The position numbers and the translations under genes were made by a program. Positions 56,362 through 64,000 of a DNA stretch of 64,000 nucleotides are shown here, in pieces (position 1 is the stretch's first letter; each line of letters starts with the position of its first letter). The notes beneath the pieces were generated by a model. That model saw only the letters and a list, made by a program, of their open reading frames with translations, was not told where the DNA came from and did no database searches. The DNA is taken from positions 1 through 64,000 of the forward strand of contig JANPJS010000016.1 in the NCBI GenBank assembly GCA_031425655.1. The letters run 5' to 3'. Origin of the DNA: Abditibacteriaceae bacterium (GTDB lineage Bacteria > Armatimonadota > Abditibacteriia > Abditibacteriales > Abditibacteriaceae).

Positions 56362-59300
56362 TTATTCCGCTGTCAGCGTCAAGGCGCCGCTCGGCCACGA
56401 TACGCTCACTTGATCTTCGACTTGCAGCGAGCCGTTGGGCAGAAGCAGCGTTACGCTTTGGCCACTGCGCTCGGTGCTTTGCACCGTCGCCGCCACGCCG
56501 TTGACCTGCACTGTGAAGTCGCCCGCCGGCACCGTGCCGCTGAAACTCAGCGCGATGCTGCCGGCTGAGGCGTTGGCGGTGCCGCTCGCAGGAGGCGCGG
56601 CGATATTCTGGGCCTGCGCTGCGCCGGCCTTCTTGAAGTTCCTCGAAGAAGTAGCCAATTTCCCGGCGCGATCATAAGCATACGCCGACAGATAATAGGT
56701 GCCGTCGGCGAACGAAGCGCCATCCGGCCAAGCGCTGCTGCGGCTCCACGTCACGCTGGCGCCGCCCGCTGCCGGGCTGAGAGTGGTCGTGAGAACGGGA
56801 ATGGCGACTGCACCGCCGGGAGTAATCCAAGCGCTGCCGTTCCAATATTCATAAACGCCAGCCGTCGCGGTCTGGCGATACAAGCGCAGAACGACTTTCG
56901 CTACGCCGCTGCCGCTGTCGGCGGCGATTCCGGTAATAGTCGGAAAGGTGCTGCTGGTTATGGTGGCGCCGTTAACAGGCGTGGTGCCGGGCGGTGTCGT
57001 CGCCGCAGTGGTAAAGCTGACAGTCGGCGGCGTGGTGTCAAAATCGTCGTTGGTAACCGTGCCCAAGCCCTGACTGTCGCCAAACATGGCATTAACGGCC
57101 CTGCTCAGACTCACGAAGAAAGTTTCGTCGGCTTCGGGCACATAATCGCCGACGATAGGCACCGTAATCGTTTTGGTAGTCTCGCCGGGGTTGAAGGTCA
57201 GAGTGCCTTTGGTCGAACGAAAGTCGCTATTCACCAAAGCGGGATTCGTGGTGCCTTTAATGGCCGCATATTGCACCGTCACGGTTCGGCTGCTGGGGTT
57301 GGAAAGCGTGACAGTGAACGTCGCAGGCGATGTTGCACTATTGCCTTCCGTAATCGTCACGTCGTCAATATTCACGGTCGGCGCGTTATCATCATCGCTA
57401 ATGGTGCCCAAGCCTTGCGCGTCTGCGATGGTCGCGTTAGTGGCGCCGGACAGGTTGAGAGTGAAAGTTTCGCTGTCCTCGTCCGCTAAATCCGTAGTGA
57501 TCGGCACCGAAACCGTGACGCTGGTCTGGCCGGCGGCGATGAGAACGGTGCGATTGACGTTTTGGTAATCCACGCCGGAAAGCGCCGTGCCGTTCTGCGT
57601 AACCACGTCTACGGCCATTACTCTTTCGCTGAGGCCGTTGACCGTGATTGTGAAAACCGCCTCGTTGGTGCCGCCGCTGCCTTCGATAACTTGCACGTCG
57701 TTGACGGAAAGCGTCGGCGTAGCGTCATCGTCGGTGATGGTCGCCACGCCCTGAGCGGTGTTGGCTGCGTTGTCGTATTCCACAAGGTAAAAAGTGACGG
57801 CGGCATCTACCACGTCAGCGGAAATATCGTTCCAGGTGCCCGTCGAGGTGTAATAAAGCGTGTCTTCAATGCCGGTGGGGTTGGCGTTGTTAGGTTCGCC
57901 GGAGCGCCAATTGGTGTAAACGAAAGGTTCTCCGGTAATCCATGTGAAACCGCCGCCCGGCTCTGCGCTGCCAGCCGGTTGCAAGGCGCCCAACCACGCT
58001 TGTTTATTAGTCGCTATTGTAGCAATGAAACTCTGCTCGGCAGCGCTGGTGACGGTGGCCAGATGGCCGCTGACGCCAAAGTAGCTGCGCGCTGCCGCCG
58101 CCGCACGAGCATTGCTCCACGAGAGCGAAGCCGCTACCAACTCGTAGGCATGGCCCGTCGCCGGGTCGCGCGGCAGGGCCGCAGCGAATGCAAGAGTCGC
58201 GTTAACCGGATTGGATAGATTAGCCGTGAAGGTCTCGTCGCCTTCGTCCGCTAAATCCGTAGTGATCGGGACGGAAAAAGTGGCCGTGGCCTGACCCACC
58301 GGGATGGAAATCGTGCTATTGACGCTCTCATAATCCACGCCGGCCAGCGCGGTGCCATCTTGAGTGGCCACGTCCACGGAAATCGGTTTTTTGCTGACTC
58401 CATTGACGGTTATCGTGAAAACCGCGTCTTGAGTGCCGCCACTTCCTTCGATGATCTGAACGCTGTCAATGGAAAGCGATGGCGGCGTATCATCGTTGAT
58501 GATGGTCGCCACAGCCTGAACAGCGTTAGGAACATTGTCGTATTCGACTAAATAGCGAGCGACTGTGGACGCACGGGAAAGGTCGTTCCATAAGCCGTTA
58601 AAACCGAATAAAACCGTGTCTTCACCGCCCGCATTGTTAGGCTCACCGGAACTCCAGTTGGTGTAATTGAAAGGTTCTCCGGTGATCCAGGTGTATCCGC
58701 CCGCCGGCTCCGGGCTGCCCGACGGTTGCGTTCCGCCTATCCAGGCCTCCGTACCGCTAATGAGATTTGCGACATAACTTTGCTCGGCGGCGCTGGTGAT
58801 GGTGGCCAGATGACCCGAAGTGCCCAAATAAGTGCGCGCAGCAGCAGCGGTGCGAGCGTTGTCCCAGTTCAGCGAGGCAGTTACCAGTTGATAAGCGTTG
58901 CCGGTGGACGCATCGCGCGGCAAGCCGGACGCCAAGAACGCATTAACCGGATTACTCAGCACCAGAAAAAAGGTCTCATTGGCTTCATTATCAATGTCGC
59001 CATTAACGCTGACGCTGATGGTTTTGCTGGTGTCGCCGGGCAAAATGGTGCGACTGCCGCTGGCGGTTATATAGTCTTCGTCGGCAGTGGCCGTGCCGGG
59101 CGCGGTGGCGAAATCAAAGCTGACGGCATCCGTGGACGCCTGCGAAAGCGTGACGGTAAAAGTCACATCCGTTTGCCCGCTGTCGCCCTCGGTCACGCTC
59201 GTCGTCGAAATGCTAATAATCGGCAGATCATCGTTGCGAATCGTTGCGGTCGCCTGATTATCGGCTAAAGTCGCGTTAACCGGCGCGCTTAGTGTCACCA

Positions 59301-60768
59301 GAAATGTTTCGTCCGCTTCTTTGCTCGCATCGCCGATAACCGGCACGCTGACGTTAGCCGTCGTCACTCCCGCCGCAAACGAAACGGTGCCGCTACGCGC
59401 CGAGTAATCCACCGCTTGCGTGGCGGTGCCATCCGAGGTGGCGTAGCTGACACTGATAGTGCGGCTGCTCGGCGCGGAAAGCGTGAGCGCGAAAACGAAG
59501 TTGCTCGAATTGCTGTTTCCTTCAAATTGGCTAACGTCGGCGATGGAAATGGTTGGAAACGGATCGTTGTCCACAATTGTGCCCACTGCCGCACTGTCAC
59601 CTAAAAAGGCGTTGGTGGCGCTGCGTAAAGTTAAATTCAGCGTTTCATTAGCTTCATCGAGCGTATCGCCCTGCACCGCCACTTTAACGAGTTTGCTGGT
59701 TTGCCCCGGAGCGAAGGTCAGAGTAACGGGCGCCGGCACGGTGTAATCGCCGGGCGCCGTCGCGGTGCCGTTAGAAGTGCCGGATTGCACCGTCACGGTT
59801 TGCGAACTGGCTGCGGTCAATCGGACGACAAACGATAAATCGGTGGTGCCGCTATCGCCTTCGGTCACAGCGGCATCGCTGACGTTAAGCGTCGGCGAAC
59901 CGGCGGGGACGGGCATGATCCATGACGGCTCGGTGTCGTTGGCGGAATTGGTCGTCAACTGCGTCACACCGCTGCCATCGGCGTTCATCACATGAATTTC
60001 GTTGTTGCCGGCGCGGTTGGAAACAAAAGCGATCTGAGTGCCATCCGGGCTGAAACAAGGCAGATCGTCCGAGGCGTTGTGGGCGGTCAGACGGGTCTGA
60101 TTCGTCCCGTCGGGGTTCATGACGTAGATTTCGTTGTTGCCGTCGCGCGAGGAGCGAAACACGATTTTGCTGCCGTCAGGACTCCAACTGGCGTTCTGGC
60201 TGTTGCCCGCCGTCGTCAGGCGCAGCTGGCCGCTGCCATTAGCATTGGCGATGCAAACTTCGGGCGTATAGTTGCTGCCGAAAAAAGTGTAAAACGTGAA
60301 TTTATTGCCGTCGGGACTCCATCGCGTGAAATAGTCACCGTAGGTGTTACTGAGAATTTGCGTTAGCCCGCTGCCGTCGGCATTCACACGAACAACGTCG
60401 TAGTCCGAGGTGATGGGCCGCGAAAAGATAATCGGGCTGCCGGAAGGATGAAAATCCGGCCACTGCGGGCCGCCGCCTTGCGAGAGGACAGCCTGCCCGG
60501 AGCCGTCCGCGTTCATCGTCCAGAGCGCATCAGTGCGCTGATAAACGATTTTGCCGCCGTCCCATCGCCATCGCGGGCCGCCTTCCTGAACGCCCACCGT
60601 GTTCGACAAATTCGTTTGAGCGCTGCCGTCAGCGTTCATCACATAAGTTTCGCTATTGCCGTCGCGGTTGGACGTGAAGGCAATCTTCCCGCCGGCGGCA
60701 AAGGCCGGCATCAAGCTCAATAGCAGGCCCGCACATAAAAATGGTGTTCTCATTACGATTTTCCTCAT
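56362..60768 (-). CDS. Large secreted surface protein: TolB-like propeller, Calx-beta repeats, two C-type lectin-like domains, Ig-like module
   Basis: Signal peptide; WSPDGSKI/SNRDGN; VTEGDSG...ETF.V.LS...TI.NDD repeats; GHLATITSAAEQ...YTNW..GEPNN...WND twice. Confidence 0.9.
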   Translation of the reverse strand: MRKIVMRTPFLCAGLLLSLMPAFAAGGKIAFTSNRDGNSETYVMNADGSAQTNLSNTVGVQEGGPRWRWDGGKIVYQRTDALWTMNADGSGQAVLSQGGGPQWPDFHPSGSPIIFSRPITSDYDVVRVNADGSGLTQILSNTYGDYFTRWSPDGNKFTFYTFFGSNYTPEVCIANANGSGQLRLTTAGNSQNASWSPDGSKIVFRSSRDGNNEIYVMNPDGTNQTRLTAHNASDDLPCFSPDGTQIAFVSNRAGNNEIHVMNADGSGVTQLTTNSANDTEPSWIMPVPAGSPTLNVSDAAVTEGDSGTTDLSFVVRLTAASSQTVTVQSGTSNGTATAPGDYTVPAPVTLTFAPGQTSKLVKVAVQGDTLDEANETLNLTLRSATNAFLGDSAAVGTIVDNDPFPTISIADVSQFEGNSNSSNFVFALTLSAPSSRTISVSYATSDGTATQAVDYSARSGTVSFAAGVTTANVSVPVIGDASKEADETFLVTLSAPVNATLADNQATATIRNDDLPIISISTTSVTEGDSGQTDVTFTVTLSQASTDAVSFDFATAPGTATADEDYITASGSRTILPGDTSKTISVSVNGDIDNEANETFFLVLSNPVNAFLASGLPRDASTGNAYQLVTASLNWDNARTAAAARTYLGTSGHLATITSAAEQSYVANLISGTEAWIGGTQPSGSPEPAGGYTWITGEPFNYTNWSSGEPNNAGGEDTVLFGFNGLWNDLSRASTVARYLVEYDNVPNAVQAVATIINDDTPPSLSIDSVQIIEGSGGTQDAVFTITVNGVSKKPISVDVATQDGTALAGVDYESVNSTISIPVGQATATFSVPITTDLADEGDETFTANLSNPVNATLAFAAALPRDPATGHAYELVAASLSWSNARAAAAARSYFGVSGHLATVTSAAEQSFIATIATNKQAWLGALQPAGSAEPGGGFTWITGEPFVYTNWRSGEPNNANPTGIEDTLYYTSTGTWNDISADVVDAAVTFYLVEYDNAANTAQGVATITDDDATPTLSVNDVQVIEGSGGTNEAVFTITVNGLSERVMAVDVVTQNGTALSGVDYQNVNRTVLIAAGQTSVTVSVPITTDLADEDSETFTLNLSGATNATIADAQGLGTISDDDNAPTVNIDDVTITEGNSATSPATFTVTLSNPSSRTVTVQYAAIKGTTNPALVNSDFRSTKGTLTFNPGETTKTITVPIVGDYVPEADETFFVSLSRAVNAMFGDSQGLGTVTNDDFDTTPPTVSFTTAATTPPGTTPVNGATITSSTFPTITGIAADSGSGVAKVVLRLYRQTATAGVYEYWNGSAWITPGGAVAIPVLTTTLSPAAGGASVTWSRSSAWPDGASFADGTYYLSAYAYDRAGKLATSSRNFKKAGAAQAQNIAAPPASGTANASAGSIALSFSGTVPAGDFTVQVNGVAATVQSTERSGQSVTLLLPNGSLQVEDQVSVSWPSGALTLTAE

Positions 60769-61003
60769 CCATCAACCTAAAGACAATCCTTGCCTTTTAA
60801 CTGCTTGATTATAGCACTTTCAGGCGGCTTTAACAAATTAAATAATATAAGTCAAAATACATCGTGTATCCTTATATGCCTTTATTTCTGAGACAAAATG
60901 GGGCTATGATTAGGTAAAATCGCACTCCGAATGAGCGGCCATAATTTGGTAATTCTCATAATCCGCTTAAAATCTAAAAGGCAAGGACGCAAACTTCTCA
61001 TTT

Positions 61004-63781
61004 ATGTATGACTCGCTTTGGAAAGCCGTAGCGCCCCGTCTCAACGCCGAGCGAATGCAGGCCGACATCGCCGAGTTTTTCGCGCTTTCGCGTTGGTCGT
61101 CCTTCGACAAAATCAATGCTTTAGCCCGGCTCATCGCGGCGAAGATGAACGAGGCCGGTCTTTGCGACGTGCGGCTCATCGAAGCGCCTGCCGACGGCAA
61201 AACGGCTTACGGCGGCTGGGTCATGCCCAAAGCTTACGATGTCGAAGCGGCGCGCTTGACTTTGCTGCCCGACGATGGTTCGACGCGACTTCTGGCCGAT
61301 TACCACGCCAACCCGCCGAGCTTGATGCTTTACAGCATGAAGACGCCGGATGAAGGCATCACGGCGGAGTTAATCGTGGCCGACAGCGCCGATGAATGCC
61401 GCTCGCAAACTTTGGCGGGACGCTTGGTTTTGACTTCGTGCGGCGGTGTCGAATTCAGCCAAAGCGCGATGCGCGCCGGTGCTTTGGGCCTTATCTGCGA
61501 TGGCCGCTTCGGGCGCCGCTTCATCAAAGAAGGCGCTTATCTTGACGACACCAACGAATGGCACAATTACACCATCCCGCCGTGGGACGATGAAAGTAAG
61601 GGCTTTGGATTTTCGATTTCTCCGGCAGAGGGCCAACAGTTGCGCGCCCGGCTTGAAGCGCGGGAGCAAGTGCGGCTGCACGCCGTCGTGAAAACCCGGC
61701 ACTACGATGGTGTGATTCCTGTCGTCAGTGGCCGATTGCCGGGAATTGAGCCTGAAGAAATCGTCCTCACCGGGCATTACGATGAGTTCGGCGCCGATGA
61801 CAACTGCTCGCAAATCGCGGTTGGTCTGGAAGTGTTGCGAGCGATTCGCGCCATGCTGGAATCGGGCGAAATACCGCCCTTAAAACGCGGTATTCGCCTG
61901 CTTTTTCCGATGGAAGTGCGCGGCTTCAACGCCTTAGTTCAAGACCGAGAAGAAACCAAAAACATCCGGCTGGGCTTGAACATTGACACCGTCGGGACGG
62001 ATCAAAATCGGGCGACGACGATCTGCACTCTGGTTGAAAGTTTCGCCGCTTTGCCTTCGTTTGCCGAAGAATTGCTCGCCGAGTTATTGGAGCGCACGCA
62101 GGCAGAAAACCCGCTTTTTCGCTGGCGGCGCGTCGGGGCCGATGTGATTGATAACGTCTTCGGCGAGCCGCTTCTTGGCGCGCCGACGCCGTGCCTTTAT
62201 CACTACAGCGCCACCCATCATCTGCCGCTCGATACGCCCGACCGCATTAATCGTCCGATGCTGCTCGACATGGCGCGCATCGCGGCCACTTATGCCGCTT
62301 TCGTGGCCAACGCCGGGCTGAACGAAGCGCTCTGGCTGAGCGAACTGGTGGCGGATCATGCCACGCAGCGCCTCGATCATAGCGCCACCCGTGCGCTGCG
62401 AAATCCAGCCGATTCCAGTCAATTTCCGGCGCTGCTGCAACAAGTCGAGGCTTTGCACGACATCTACGGGCGGCGAATCACTTCATCGCGTTGGCTGGTG
62501 CCACCGCAGTTCGTTTTTCCTACGCCGCAAGATGTGGAAGGCCAAAGCGAGGTTTTCATCGGCGACAGGCGCTTGTTGCCGCGCGAGATTTACAACGAGC
62601 GCATCACGGCTTTGCGGGAGCGAATCGAGCGCGCCCGCGCCGAAGCGGAGACTCGAATTCGTGAGCGCGCCGCTGCCTTCCACCAGGTGCAAATATCGAG
62701 TGACGCAGAGCCGCCCACGGTCAGCCATTGCGTGCCGGTCAAGGCATTTCGCGGCTTCTTGGCCTTCGAAGATTTGAGCGGACGCGAGCGCGAATTTGTG
62801 GCGAAGCAACTTGGCATTGACGGCGGCTGGGGCGCGCCCGTCTGGTTGCAAGAAGCGCTGATGTTCGCCAACGGCAAACGCACGGCGGGTGAAATCGCCG
62901 TTCTGCTTCAGCGGCATGGACTTCACGCGCCGGAGGTTCGGCGCCTCGAAAAGGTGTTCGATTTTCTCAGCGAACGCGGCTTGGTGCGTCTGCGGCCTTA
63001 TCTCACGCAAGCCGATGTGAGAACCGCGTTGGAACAAGCCAGCGTAGCACGCGGCGATGCCGTGCTGGGCCATTTTTCGCTCAGCCGCTTCGGCTATATC
63101 GAAGGCGGAGCGGCAGGTTTGATTGACACCCTACTCGATTTGCTCGGCCCCGACGGAACCCTGATAATGCCGGCGTTTGCCTTTTGCTGGCTGGGGCGCC
63201 CGCCTTACGACCCGGCGCGCTCCGCCTCGCGTGTGGGCATGGTGAGCGAACACTTTTGGCGAAGGCCCGGCGTGCAGCGCAGCCAGCATCCCACGCACTC
63301 TTTCGCGGCAACGGGCAAGCTGACTTCGGCGCTGCTGGAAGGCCACGATCACACGCAGCCGCCTCTTGGAGAACACAGTCCCATCAAGCGATTGGCCGAT
63401 GCGGGCGGCAAGATTTTGATGTTCGCGCCGAAGCAATCGAATACTTCGATGCACGTCGGCGAACACTTGGCGGGCGTTCCTTTTGTGGACTTCTTGTGTC
63501 CGATGATGGAAAACGGCGCGCGTCGTGAGATTGTGGTGCCGCAATGCCCGTGGCACGTTCAATTCGAGCCGGCTTATGCGAAACTTTACGCGCGCGGGCT
63601 AATTCAAGATGTGCCGTTGGGCGAAGGCGTGATTCACATGATGCGTTGCGCCGATGCCATCGCAGCACAGAACGAAGTGGCGCGCGAAACACCGGAAATG
63701 CTTATCCAGCCCGGCTGCGATTGCCTTTACTGTCAGAATCTTCAAGCCTTTTGTGAAGCGCAGAATCGGATGCGCGCTTAA
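61004..63781 (+). CDS. M28/DUF4910-like peptidase with wHTH fused to an AAC(3)/YokD-family N-acetyltransferase
   Basis: GHYD..GADDNCS, PME, NIDTVG, HH..DT metal ligands; then GHFSLSRFG...GTLIMPAF...RSQHPTHSFAA...NTSMH. Confidence 0.85.
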   Translation: MYDSLWKAVAPRLNAERMQADIAEFFALSRWSSFDKINALARLIAAKMNEAGLCDVRLIEAPADGKTAYGGWVMPKAYDVEAARLTLLPDDGSTRLLADYHANPPSLMLYSMKTPDEGITAELIVADSADECRSQTLAGRLVLTSCGGVEFSQSAMRAGALGLICDGRFGRRFIKEGAYLDDTNEWHNYTIPPWDDESKGFGFSISPAEGQQLRARLEAREQVRLHAVVKTRHYDGVIPVVSGRLPGIEPEEIVLTGHYDEFGADDNCSQIAVGLEVLRAIRAMLESGEIPPLKRGIRLLFPMEVRGFNALVQDREETKNIRLGLNIDTVGTDQNRATTICTLVESFAALPSFAEELLAELLERTQAENPLFRWRRVGADVIDNVFGEPLLGAPTPCLYHYSATHHLPLDTPDRINRPMLLDMARIAATYAAFVANAGLNEALWLSELVADHATQRLDHSATRALRNPADSSQFPALLQQVEALHDIYGRRITSSRWLVPPQFVFPTPQDVEGQSEVFIGDRRLLPREIYNERITALRERIERARAEAETRIRERAAAFHQVQISSDAEPPTVSHCVPVKAFRGFLAFEDLSGREREFVAKQLGIDGGWGAPVWLQEALMFANGKRTAGEIAVLLQRHGLHAPEVRRLEKVFDFLSERGLVRLRPYLTQADVRTALEQASVARGDAVLGHFSLSRFGYIEGGAAGLIDTLLDLLGPDGTLIMPAFAFCWLGRPPYDPARSASRVGMVSEHFWRRPGVQRSQHPTHSFAATGKLTSALLEGHDHTQPPLGEHSPIKRLADAGGKILMFAPKQSNTSMHVGEHLAGVPFVDFLCPMMENGARREIVVPQCPWHVQFEPAYAKLYARGLIQDVPLGEGVIHMMRCADAIAAQNEVARETPEMLIQPGCDCLYCQNLQAFCEAQNRMRA

Positions 63782-63784
63782 TTA

Positions 63785-63934
63785 GACCTTATCGGAAATA
63801 AAGGTTTGCTTCAGGAAACAGGCGGGGCTGCGCCCTCTTCCAAACGGATTGGTCTGAAAAAGCAAGGTTTGGAAGGGTGCGTAGCCCCGCTTCTGCCTCG
63901 CTGTCACACAGTTTTGCCTAAACCCGATAATGTC
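63785..63934. repeat. Nested inverted-repeat element
   Basis: Outer GACCTTATCGG / CCGATAATGTC; inner GCGGGGCTGCGCCCTCTTCCAAAC / GTTTGGAAGGGTGCGTAGCCCCGC. Confidence 0.7.
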
Positions 63935-63951
63935 CTTTGAAAGTTATAACC

Positions 63952-64000
63952 ATGAAGCCAAAAGTCATTCTCGACCCGCACCACAACGAGGTCAACAAGC
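63952..64000 (+). CDS. Start of a gene running out of the window
   Basis: MKPKVILDPHHNEVNK...; too short to assign. Confidence 0.4.
   Translation, partial: MKPKVILDPHHNEVNK

Noticed and set aside
50235..60723. Many plus-strand ORFs opposite the surface protein genes
   Set aside because: Antisense shadows of GC-rich repetitive coding sequence

Overview
GC-rich bacterial chromosomal segment; gene content and style (DUF1559-like pilins, CSLREA/Calx-beta surface proteins, futalosine-pathway mqnD) suggest Armatimonadota/Abditibacteriota, which is an inference only. Left to right: the end of an IS3-family element; a secreted helical protein and a double beta-helix carbohydrate enzyme; an Opp/Dpp-type ABC importer whose binding protein is fused to a permease; a GT87 glycosyltransferase; a minus-strand metal-efflux operon (Cys-rich RAPP leader, CzcC/B, CDF, CzcA, P1B ATPase) downstream of tRNA-Ala(GGC); a type IV pilus operon (pilB-pilT-pilC-pilD plus five pilin-like genes, one of 1337 aa); mqnD, elbB and two Rieske proteins; an integrase-less integron cassette array (wHTH/NDT-like protein, BrnTA, membrane protein); two giant surface proteins, one split by a 78-bp TA-targeting MITE; and an M28 peptidase/AAC(3) fusion. 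Intergenic DNA is full of nested palindromic elements. The strongest leads are (1) a RAPP ribosome-arrest leader whose Pro-Pro-Ile codons are exactly complementary to the czcC Shine-Dalgarno region, (2) a 17-bp micro-element seen only inside other repeat or stem structures, including an attC site, (3) a candidate anti-phage integron cassette, and (4) an efflux adaptor with a mirror-symmetric extended hairpin.
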